A stretch of DNA of 64,000 bases from Marsupella aquatica (taxonomy: Eukaryota; Plantae; Marchantiophyta): the NCBI GenBank assembly GCA_973895155.1, contig OZ316899.1, positions 5,769,241-5,833,240 of the forward strand. Direction: 5' to 3'. Within the stretch, counting starts at the first letter, position 1. The number at the start of each line of letters is the position of its first letter. The position numbers were made by a program, and so were the translations under genes. Of the stretch, positions 1 through 10,300 are shown piece by piece. The notes beneath the pieces are model-generated. The model was not told where the DNA came from. It saw nothing but the letters and a program-made list of their open reading frames with translations, and ran no database searches.

Positions 1-99
1 GCGGAGATGGAGGGCAGGAGAGCATTAAGGTAAGTATTGCTCTAACCGAACCCTTAGTAGCTGATAAGGTACCTGTACGGGATGTCCCTGCCGGAGAGA

Positions 100-1920
100 A
101 GATACCTAAAGTTAAGGCAATGGATCCTAAAAAATTGATTTTTGTGAATGTTACTTCTATGGTAATTTGGGTGTTGCTTTGGTGGATACAGGCGCGATCG
201 CCTGCTTCATAAGTGGGCAGGCGGCAGCACGTCTTGGGGTGGACGTGGAAGAGTTGCTACAACCGTTAGTGTGCAAGTTTGCCAACGACACAAAACGGAT
301 AGTGTCGAGAGTAGTACATAGACTTTGAGTAGAGGTCATAGGCAAACAACAAAATTTTGTTAGTCAGGAGATGTTCTACGTTCTAGACGGTCTAGCCATA
401 GACTTCATTTTGTTGGTAGGTTATCTCAAAAAGCACAATGTTACCTTGAAACCGGGGGGTGAAGTGCTCCATTTTCCCAATAAGGGCGGAGCCCATCATT
501 GTACACAAAATTACCGAAAATAAAAAAAGATTTCTCAAAGTAAGTAAAGTGTCGTGGTTGTCTCCGTGTGTATCGGCAAAGCAATGGTGGAAATACTTCA
601 AGGGTGGACATGAATGTTTCTTCTTTCATCTCCACCCAGTTAAGGAGGCTACTTCGCAGCCTAAGGTTAAGTCAGCTAAGGTCGGGCCCGATTGCGGTCA
701 AATTCCTGAAATTTTAGAGGAATTCAATGACGTGCTCTCGCAAAAGCTACCTAAAGGTTTACCCCCGCGGAGAGAAGTGGATCACCAAGTTGAGTTGGAG
801 CCGGGTTTGGCTCCTCCGGCTAAAGCTCCTTATCATCTGAACCTGAATGAGCGAATGATGTTGAAGAACGCCTTGGAAGAGTTGATTGACCAAGGGTTCA
901 TTCGCCCTAGTAAGAGTCCTTATGGGGCGCCCGCGCTATTTGTGTCCAAAAAGGATGGTACTTTGAGATTGTGCACAGATTACCGGCCTTCAATAAGCAG
1001 ACGGTAAAGAACAAGTACCCGTTACCTCATATGGATGACCTCTTTGATTGCCTCTCCAGGGCTAAGAAGTTTTCAAAGGTGGACTTGCGGTCTGGGTATT
1101 ACCAGATCCACATGGCTAAGGGAGACGAGTATAAGACTGCAATGCGCACAAGGTTTGGATCCTATGAGTTTTTGGTTATGCCATTTGGGTTGTGTAATGC
1201 AACCGCGACGTTCATGAAGATGATGAATACCATCTTTCATGACTTGTTAGACCAGGGATTGGTTGTCTTTATTGATGACATCCTAATCTACTCGAAAATG
1301 TTGGAGAAACATGAGCAATTGCTCAGAGAAGTGTTCTCTCGCCTTCGTAAGGCTTGTCTCTTTGCTAAACCTAGCAAGTGCGAGTTTGCAATGAACGAGA
1401 TTCAGTTCCTCGGCCATACCTGTACCCCGGAAGGGATTACGCCTAGTGAGGACAAGCTTAAGGAGATCAAAGAATGGGAGCGCCCGTCCAATGTAAGGCA
1501 GGTTAGAGCCTTCTTAGGATTTACGGGGTTCTATCAGAGATACATGAAAGACTGTGCAAGGATCGCGAGGCCCCTAAATGCGCTAACATTGAAAAACAAA
1601 GTGTTTGTGTGGACACAAGATTGCAAGTTAGCATTCCTAGAACTTAAGCGGCTAATGATAACGCCATCGGTTCTAAAGTTACCTGAGATGGGGAAGCCGT
1701 TCGAGATTTGGACAGACGCAAGTGATTATGCCATTGGCGCTTGTCTTCATCAAGATGGCCATCCTGTGGCCTTTGAGTCATGTAAGTTGGAAAATCATTG
1801 GATCAGACCTGAAAGGGAAATGTATGTTATGATCTATGCATTGAAGAAGTGGGAGATTTACCTTAAGAATGGTCCCAAAGTGGTAATCCACACAGATAGC
1901 TTGCCGGTCGGGTACTTCAG
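100..1920 (+). pseudogene. pol: Element A pol: aspartic protease, reverse transcriptase and RNase H (frameshifted)
   Basis: ALVDTGA protease motif near 175-200; PSKSPYGAPALFVSKKDGTLRLC, MPFGLCNA and FIDDILIYS (RT); WTDASDYAIGA (RNase H). ORFs 459-1007 and 971-1933. Confidence 0.92.
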
Positions 1921-2821
1921 TGTCACGTCGTAGGCTTCGGCCTTAACTCAGATTTCAGCTTAGACGGGCACATCCCTCATAAATCTGAGGGTTCGGGCAG
2001 GAAGGGAAGCACGTAATGCACCTTATTCTCGTAAACTAGCGCTAAGTGCGCATACTGCTAAATACGAACACCTCCTAGGTATGGTTTGTGTTCCGCCGCC
2101 GGAACTTACCTTAGTCGATAGCAGGATCGACCCCGGCTTAAGGGCTTCTAAGCCTTCGTGCTGTCCGCCTTCGATCCAGATTCGATGATACAGGTCCTCA
2201 ACCCGTGCTCGCAACCACTTACCCGTAGGCTGCACCCTGTGCACGTCTCGGGTAGTGCGTTCGGCCTGGCGCTGCCACCCATATACGAGAAACCCACACA
2301 CATATGCGCACACATGCATACAATCTCGATTTACACGAAGGAAAATGATGGGAAAGGATTTTACTACAAAGGGAACATATGCGTACACTTAGTTGACACG
2401 ACAGCCCTGGAATGCACAGGTTCAAGGCCGAGGGTGCACACTACAACAGAGCCCGGCTCCGCACTCGCCCGGCGAGCTTAGTCCTACCCCCTCCCCTTGG
2501 TACTCTGTCATTCCCAGAGGTCGGGACTCCCCGCATGTCCCGCGGATGTCCGACTCTGAAACTAAAAACCCCCCCCCCTTGCCTCTACCGAGGGGTGCAC
2601 TAAATACTAAGAGCCGAGGAACGGGGTGTCCTCTCGCCGAAGATTCGCTGACTAAGGTCCTAACTAAGCTGACAGTCAGGCCGGAAAATGGCTGTGTCTT
2701 ATTAGAAGATCCTAATCTACGCAGGCTGGACAGCAGGGCAGCGCTGCTGTACCTAAGGCAGGTGCCTGTCCCAAGAGCCTGACTAAGCCAATCCTAATCC
2801 TAATCTATTCCTACTCCGCCG

Positions 2822-5470
2822 CTAATGCCTGGCACGCTTGCCAGAGCCGCCCGAATGGGAATGGCCATCCCGCTGCCTTCGAAGCCTGTCATTGTCCGCT
2901 TTGAGGAGCTGGACCTGGTCCAGCAGAGATTCGTTCTCTCGCCTCACCGCGTCCGTCTCCTCTGCTGCCTCCTGACATGCCTCCTCCAGCTGCTGGGCGT
3001 CGCTCGTCAGTTTACTCGCCAGCTGGTCCTGCTTCTCGGCCTCGGTTTGGAGCCGTGCCATCTCGGCCTGCAGCGTGGCTATCTCCGTCGCGTCCCGCTG
3101 GGCTCGCTCCTTGGCCTCCTCCAGGTCTTTCTGCCAGGTGACAGCTTGTTTCTTCAAACTGTCAATCTGGTTCCGGAGTCGTGTAATCTCGGCCTCGTTC
3201 CCAGCTTTGGCCTGTTCGGCTAGGGCGGTAAGAGCGTACGCCTTTGCTAACAACTCATCGGCGGCTGCAACCTTGGGTCGTAGTTGCAGAAGCTCAGCCT
3301 CTTGAGCCACCACTTCGTTCTTTAGGTACACGGACTCCACCCGGTACCGCTCTATCCTCTGAAGGGCCTCCGACTGGGCCCGATCTGCCTTTACGGCGGC
3401 AACCAACTCCTGATTGAAGAAACAGGCTACCTTTCGGGCCATGAACTCCCCGGTATCCCGGGCAATTTGATGAGAGAAATCTCCCAGAAGCCCGTTCAGA
3501 AACGTACCCTGTACGAAGAGTTCCGGGTGGTCCAAGTTGTGCCTGTCCGGATTTGGGCACGGGCAGACATCAACACGCGCAGGGGCCGGGGCAGTGACGT
3601 CCAGCCCTGGGGACATAACGTTGGAAGGGGCTGGAGTGTCCTCCTGCAGCGATGTCCGGTTCTCCGGAATTGCCATCGGCGGGTCCTTGGGAGACCCGGG
3701 TTCGGGTAAGACCTCTGCCGTACCAACTTCTGTACTTAGCCCGGCTAGTTGGGTCGCATCAACGGTTGCGACGACCGACCCCTCCGGCGCCTCCTCGGTT
3801 ACGATTACAGCTATTTGTGGAGGTGGGGTGGGTGAAGCTGGCGTGTCCACTGGACTTCGGGCCTCGGGTTGGGGCCGTCTCTCCAATGCCGGAAAAACCC
3901 ACCTAGCTGGGACCAGCTTTGTAACGTTGATGCAGGGAAGGGTTCGTCGATCAAACCGGGCGTACCACTCAAGAATGATTTCGATATGGCTAGCGAAATA
4001 CGCCTTCCCGCCAATGTACAGTGTCTTCCTTCGCCGCTCCATCTCTTCATGGAATTTCTTAGCGAAGTACGACGCCCATTTCCTAGGTCGATAGTTCTCG
4101 ACCTGGATAACCTGGGCGGCGGAGATCTCCCCCCGGGGTTCCATCATGTGGAGAGCGTACCTCTGGAACTCCAGCCGCTCAGCTATCTCGGGCATGAGGC
4201 AGGTCCTCATCACGAACCCGTTGTCTACTGATCCCTCTGAGGGAAAACTTGAAGATTGGTACTTGGCCCCCTTGCCCCCGGGAGCCCGTGATTCGACTCG
4301 ATGGTCACCTTCGGGTAACCCGAAGATCATCTTGAGCCGTTCTTCTGTGAGGGACATATTCCTTCCCCACAGCCGAGTCTGTTGACGTACGTCGTCATAA
4401 TTCTTGACGAATTCTGTCATGTCCTCCCCGTAGTACCTGCAAGTGTTCCAGGGGAGAGAGGTGAGGTGCTCAAATCCCTGAGTCTTCAGGTACACCGCAT
4501 GCTTTGGATGGAGGATGTTGCTATGAACGTTTTCCCCCATGCGATGCATCGTCACCTTGGCTACGGCTACCGTGGCCAACGGTAACCCGGATGCAGTGGC
4601 GGATTCCTTCCTCTTCTTTCCCCGTGACTGACTCGGGGAAGGTGATACTTCCCCATCCTCCCGATCGGGCCTGGGGAGTGCCACTGCGGTTGGTAACGGG
4701 CCCGGGGCGGCCACGGTCACTATGTTGTCTGCTGGGGCCGCTCCTGGGGTCAGAGCAGGGGGTGGGGACGATATAGTGTCGGCCCCCCGCGCGCTTGTTC
4801 CTCTGGGCCGCCTGGTCAAGGGTGGGGTAGCCTCGTCGTCATCGCTAAGATCCACAGCGTTGATGACGGAGCGTACCTGTGCTGGCTGGGTGATAGGTGG
4901 TGGAGTTTGGCTAGGCTGCGGCTGAGGCTGAAGCTGAAGTTGAGGCTTGGGTTGCATGGGCACGGGTACGGATACGGGTACAGGTCCGGCTGAGTTGGTC
5001 ATGTTGGTTGATGGCCGAGTTCCCATGAAGCTCTGCAGGTGCTGGTAGAAGTTCTCCGAAGCGAGTGCGGACGCCCTTGTCGAACGGTTGGTACTGGACT
5101 CGCCGTTAATGACAGCCCGAACCTGGGCAGGGATGTGGTCGAAGTGATGTCGCTGCAGGTCGATTGTACCCGGGATATTGAAGACCTCGTCCGGAAGCCG
5201 AAGCAATGCTTCCCAGAACCCGATATATTTGTCTCCGTTGAAGAAGTACCCAGATACCTCAGCTGGTCGGTAAAGCTCGCTCTGAGACGGGTAGTCAAAG
5301 TTAAGGACGTAGTGGTGTCGTCCTGCTAGGCGGATGGCTCTCTCATATTCGCATTCGATCTCGTATCGGCGCGGGTTGGCGTGTTTCAATGAATCGGCCA
5401 AGTGCCTTCCGGTAGATAGGAACTGCGTCCAGAATCGAATGGCCGAGCTGGAGAGGATCGTGTGCGACAT
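2822..5470 (-). CDS. 882-aa S1 protein: globular N-terminus, P/Q-rich linker, plant-mobile-domain/Transposase_32-like core, C-terminal coiled coil with basic tail
   Basis: Uninterrupted ORF with TATAAAAG about 100 bp upstream. The segment EFVKNY...LWGRNMSLTEERLKMIFGLPEG recalls retrotransposon accessory ORFs. A homologous decayed copy lies at about 29100-30490. Confidence 0.75.
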   Translation of the reverse strand: MSHTILSSSAIRFWTQFLSTGRHLADSLKHANPRRYEIECEYERAIRLAGRHHYVLNFDYPSQSELYRPAEVSGYFFNGDKYIGFWEALLRLPDEVFNIPGTIDLQRHHFDHIPAQVRAVINGESSTNRSTRASALASENFYQHLQSFMGTRPSTNMTNSAGPVPVSVPVPMQPKPQLQLQPQPQPSQTPPPITQPAQVRSVINAVDLSDDDEATPPLTRRPRGTSARGADTISSPPPALTPGAAPADNIVTVAAPGPLPTAVALPRPDREDGEVSPSPSQSRGKKRKESATASGLPLATVAVAKVTMHRMGENVHSNILHPKHAVYLKTQGFEHLTSLPWNTCRYYGEDMTEFVKNYDDVRQQTRLWGRNMSLTEERLKMIFGLPEGDHRVESRAPGGKGAKYQSSSFPSEGSVDNGFVMRTCLMPEIAERLEFQRYALHMMEPRGEISAAQVIQVENYRPRKWASYFAKKFHEEMERRRKTLYIGGKAYFASHIEIILEWYARFDRRTLPCINVTKLVPARWVFPALERRPQPEARSPVDTPASPTPPPQIAVIVTEEAPEGSVVATVDATQLAGLSTEVGTAEVLPEPGSPKDPPMAIPENRTSLQEDTPAPSNVMSPGLDVTAPAPARVDVCPCPNPDRHNLDHPELFVQGTFLNGLLGDFSHQIARDTGEFMARKVACFFNQELVAAVKADRAQSEALQRIERYRVESVYLKNEVVAQEAELLQLRPKVAAADELLAKAYALTALAEQAKAGNEAEITRLRNQIDSLKKQAVTWQKDLEEAKERAQRDATEIATLQAEMARLQTEAEKQDQLASKLTSDAQQLEEACQEAAEETDAVRRENESLLDQVQLLKADNDRLRRQRDGHSHSGGSGKRARH

Positions 5471-5570
5471 TCAGAGGAGATAGTAGTGGCGACCTAGAGA
5501 GAACGAGAGAGCTGGGGTCGAAGCTGGCGCGCGGACTGATGGACTGGTGCACTACAAAGGGTTGGCTCCC

Positions 5571-5578
5571 CTTTTATA
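5571..5578 (-). promoter_or_regulatory. Putative TATA box of S1
   Basis: cttttata on + reads TATAAAAG on -, about 100 bp upstream of the ATG at 5470. Confidence 0.55.
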
Positions 5579-5941
5579 CTTTGAGGGCTTGTCGATCCCC
5601 GACGTCTCCTCGACGCCCATAGGTTGAACCGCTCACGCTTGTGGTGTACCGGCCACTCCGCCGGTCTGAGTCAGCGTGCGTCAGTGGCCGCTTCCTTAAG
5701 TTCGTTATACGGACCCGAGGGAGGGGCCCCTCCACGCTCGTAACCCGGGTGTGCGAATAGCGACCCGCCGCCAGCCCGAACCTGAAGTCCCCCTTATTGC
5801 CTAATGATGTCCTACCCCTAATGATTACCTAAATACTGTCGTTATGCTAATAATAGCGGCCTAAGACCCACCTAACGCGCGTGCCGAGCGCAGTTAGACT
5901 GAATCACTCATTAACCGCCGTACCGGCGGCGTCACATTCAG

Positions 5942-6403
5942 CTCTAAGCCAAGGCTAAACCCCAAGGAAATGCGCTGGTAGATGTTCTTGGCGGATTTTG
6001 ATTTTGAAGTCCGTCACGTTCCTAGGAAGACAAACACGACAGCCGACGCATTATTGCGCAAGGACCAGCATCGTGTCAATGGGATCACGATGCTCAAATC
6101 CAAGTGGCCAAAGGTTCTGGCCGCAGCGTATGGGGATGACAGGTTAGCTAAGGAATGGCAAAGCAATGGGGGTAGCCAAGGCAAGGTAAGGCACGTATTG
6201 TTGGGGTTGGATGCGACGCATAATGTTTAGTTATGGCAATATAAGCAGAGGCGTGTGTACATACCAGAGTCTCTAAGGTTAGAGGTTCTGCAAAAGTACC
6301 ACAACTCGCCCTGGGGAGGGCATGGAGGACAAGCCGCTACGCATCGCAGCATGTTGCGAGATGTGTATTGGCCGGACATGAAGAAATCAGTCCTTCAACA
6401 CGT
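5942..6403 (+). pseudogene. pol: Element A pol continuation: end of RNase H and integrase zinc-binding region
   Basis: RW*MFLADFDFEVRHVP..NTTADAL; YHNSPWGGHGG...YWPDMKKSVLQHV. Confidence 0.88.
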
Positions 6404-7252
6404 TGTCGCGAGGACTTAAAGTTAGGGGCTCCTCGGGCAAACTGAGCGTTTTTGGCTGCGATTGGGATAGGCAACAAGCACTGTTTGGAGCAAACTCTCA
6501 CTCCTTTATATTTTTTACTTTTCTCACAAAGGTTACAATAGGTGCCCTCGAGTAAGCTTGCCCACAAGAGTCTCATAACTGGCCCTACGGCGGGCCGCTA
6601 CACCTAACTTGTCAAGTAGAACTCCTCGAGTGACTAACTACTCAAAATCTGACGGAAAAACTATCCTCCTTAGCTCACAAAACCAAAACTCGACTAGCTA
6701 CTCCACTAGTCTAAAACAGCTCACACGGAACTCGGGCCTGGACCAACGAGGCTCCAAACTCAAGAAATCCTCACCTGGATCGACAAGACTCCAAACTTGA
6801 GAAATCCCTGCCTGGATCAATGAGACTCCAAACTCAAGAAATTCCCCGCCTGGATCGAAAACTCCACACCTGGATCCAACACTTGCTCAGAACTCCAAAA
6901 CCGCCGCACAACAGTCGAGTTCTGCAGAACGGAGCGGAACTCACAGAACGCAACTCAACAGATCTCAATAGACAACCGCCAACCTCAATGAGCCCAGGCT
7001 CAAGTCTTAAGTAGCATTGGAAACCCAACCATCCAGCCTGAGCCATTTGCCATCAGCGAGGCTCATCCAAACTCCAAGCCTGGTGACTCACCCAAACACC
7101 AAACCTGGTGACGACGAGTCACCCAATCACCAAACCTCAATCCATCCAACCAAGCAGCCCCTTCGAGTCAGCATGCACGCAACCCAACCAGGAGGCCTCG
7201 CCCATCATCCCCTATAAAAGCCATTCCTGAGCCAAATTCTTTCGACATGACA
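6404..7252 (-). repeat. Element B 3' LTR (849 bp) with an internal ~38-bp tandem repeat at about 6750-6880
   Basis: Direct repeat of 13159-13510 plus 22533-23029. PPT GGGGAGGA on - at 7253-7260. Confidence 0.92.
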
Positions 7253-7308
7253 TCCTCCCCTAGTAAACCTGAGCAGCCTCCGGTCTGCTCCAATCCATCA
7301 GATTTCCT

Positions 7309-10300
7309 CTAAGTCTGAGTCCAAACTCGAGCCATGCGCCTAGACCACTTCCTCCTCAAGAAACTCAAACCCAAAGCCTTCAGACTCGGCCTTAGGCACT
7401 CCACTTTCCAGAAACTTGAGTCCAACTCATCCGAATCAGAACCAGTCAAGCCACTTTTGAAACTCAAGTCCAACGGATGCGCCTGGACTAGTGCCTTGTC
7501 TTCAAACTCACTCAAGTTGGAACTTGAGTCCATTCCCTTCTCGGTCCTCCTCTTGAAGATCTTCACCCTTTTCCCTGCATAAGGTACTTGGTGAACTGTT
7601 CCATCCAACTCCCGAATAGTGTAGGTCGCATTTGCATGAACAGCAACCACCACATACGGACCTTGCCACCTCCGAGCAAACTTGTTTTGGCTCAAGTGTT
7701 GCTTGTCCAACTTACTTTCGTAAACCAGAACCCAATCCCCTTCCTTAACCAAGACAGGCCTCAACCAATGAGTCCTGTCGAACCTGCCCTTGTTCCTTAA
7801 CCTTGCCATCTTCAATTGTTTCCGAGCCACCTCAATCTTCGCGGGTAACAAGTTGAAGTGTTCGATCCTTCGAGCCAGCAACTCCTCTCTTGAAACTTCA
7901 TCTTTCCATCCAATCAGTCGCCAGCTGCAAACATCTTCCTCGAGTGGCATCATCGGCAAGTGCCCAGTAAGTAGCTCAGTCGAAACGTATCCGGTCACTG
8001 AGCTACAAGTCATCCGATCCGCTAACAGAGCAAGTGGAAGGAGACTCGATCACCTGCCCAAGTCCCCATCACAAGCCTTAGCCAAAGCGCCCACAATCTG
8101 GATGTGCCCCCTTTTAGATTTCCCATTGCCTTTCGGATTGTAACTCAAAGTCAGCTTCAATTTGATGCGGTATTGGTCAAAAAACTCTTGCGCTTCCTTG
8201 GAGCTGAGCTCCCCCCTATCAGCTCTGATTCTTGTAAAGCACCCATGCCTTGCAATGATGTCCTCAAGTATGAACTGGCAAACGACAACAGTAGTGTTCA
8301 AAACCAACGCTCTCCCTTCCACATAAGAAGACAAGTCTTCTCTCGCCAAAACCAAGTATCTCGCCCCATTGCTCTCTCTCGGCATGTACACCACATCAAC
8401 AGCCCATTGAAAGTGTAGAGCCACGGGGTAAGTCGGAACCAATCCATCCCTATGTCGGATCCTCGAGTAAAACTGGCAAATCTCGCAAGTCTCGACATAG
8501 TCTCGAACGGCCAAGTATAAACCTAGCCACCAGTACAGCTTCCGAACCCTCTCGTAAGTCGAATGCACCCCTTTGTGCCCAGCCATGTCAACATCATGGC
8601 TCTCTTTGAGAATTTGGTCTTTCTCATCCTTAGTATCCACAACCCTCTGCAACAACTGACTTGGGTCCTTATGCCTTCGCCACAAGTAGCCCTCCCTCAA
8701 TAGGAACTTGTAAGATCTCTTCTGGATCTTGATAAACTCCTGGTAACTCCACTCTGGTTGCTTCTCCAAAGTGCTAATGTAACGCCCGATATCCAACAAC
8801 TCTCCCAAGTAGAGTTCTTCCTTGAACTCTAGACTTCCAACACTTTCGGTTCCGGTCACCTCGCCAACTCTCATTGCTACCTCATTTCCGAATCTCGCCC
8901 TTGACAGCATGTCGGCAACCAGATTATCCTTTCCTGCAATGTGACTTGGCTTAGGGTTGAACATCCGAATGAAAGCAATCCACCTGAGCATCGCTATGTC
9001 AGGCGTGTCACAATTTGCAATCATCCCCAGCAGCGATTGGCAATCAGTCTCAACCACCACCGGCGCCCCAATCAAATAGTCCCTCTCTTGATGGAGTGCC
9101 ACCTTGGCACCCCAAAGCTCCCTCTTAACTTGGGCATGTCTCCTTTGCCTTTCTGTAAAAAAATTTGCCCCAAATCTGATCGCATACCTTTCCCCATTCT
9201 CGTCATCTTGCCCAACAGCCCACCCAGCTGCGAACGGACTCGCATCAACAGTCATGATCAGTGGTCGCCCGCTCTCATAGTGCGCAGCTCGGAGAACTGG
9301 CGGGCTCATGAGAGCGCTCTTAAGCTTAGCCATTGCTTCACTATGCTCGGGTAGCCATCTCCACTTAACCTTTTTCTTCAACAGCTCATAGAGCGGGTCC
9401 GCCAGGTGCGAGAAGTGAGGGATCCAGATCTTGTAAAAGACACAAGCACCCAGAAACCTCCAAACTTCCGGCACCGATTCGCAATCCTTCATCTCGCTAA
9501 TAGCTCTCACCTTATCCATGTTCGGCTTCCTTCCATAAGATCCGCACATTTGCCCAACGACTTTCACCTCTTTCATCCTGAATTCAGACTTCTCCCCCGA
9601 AAGAGTGACTCCCACATCAATCAGCTTCTCGAGAACTGCCTTAACATTCACAATGTGATCCCACACAAACTGCCGGATCCCATCACTCCTCAAGGTCTCA
9701 TCCTTTCCTTCAGCCAAGCACCCATTTATCAGGACATCATCAATGAACGGTCTTGCTTTTTCTGGAATGAATGGCTCCAAGATTTTACTCATCGCATTTT
9801 GCATGTGCGCTACTGAGTTTGTCGCCCCTTGAGGAAGAGTGCACATCCTCAAGAGGCCTAGCGGGATCCTCATAGTCGTAATGTCTCGGCTCTCTTGCAC
9901 CAACTAGAACTGGTTGTTACCTGAAAACAAATCACCCATGGAGTAGATCGCCCTCCCAGCAAACTCCTCCGCAAACTCATCCACGAGTGGCCCAACTCCC
10001 ACATTCTTGATGGTCACCTTGTTCGGAGGTTGCATATCCTGAATGAACCTCAAGCTTCCATTCTTCTTTCTCATTGTAAACCATCTGTTCGAGTAGGGAG
10101 CATCAGACCTCTCAAGAATCCTAGCACTCAGCTTCTCCTTAAGCAGTTCTGCAAGCTTTGGAGCTAAAGCCCGCGGAACCAAAATCGGTTTCAGATCCCA
10201 TGGAACATGAGGGACAGTAAAGATGACCATCGGTGTCACCTTACTTGGATCCGCACAACCAATCTCCTCAATCAAAAATGAGAATGCCTTGCCATGCTCC

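Larger units (their letters stand above)
1921..5936 (-). mobile_element. S1: 4016-bp solo-LTR-like insertion containing a long ORF
   Basis: Ends TGTCACGTCG...CGGCGTCACA (imperfect inverted, TG/CA). TSD TTCAG at 1916-1920 and 5937-5941. No gag/pol and no internal direct repeat seen. Shares a motif (2076-2104) with the element C LTR. Confidence 0.85.

Noticed and set aside
2825-5329. Many + strand ORFs overlapping the 882-aa ORF, and similar antisense ORFs over gag-pol and transposase genes
   Set aside because: Shadow ORFs of GC-rich coding sequence with no recognisable motifs.
1921-5936. S1 as a host gene or DNA transposon
   Set aside because: It sits inside a pol gene with a 5-bp TSD and TG/CA ends, shares an LTR motif with C, and has no DDE motif.
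6750-6880. Short repeats that could be taken for a CRISPR array (also 53238-53380, 57445-57610 and 58590-58818)
   Set aside because: Degenerate tandem repeats without unique spacers or cas genes, in a eukaryotic TE context.
7211-7220. Antisense TATAAAAG near the B LTR edge as an outward promoter
   Set aside because: Not seen in the related D LTR; a short motif alone is insufficient.
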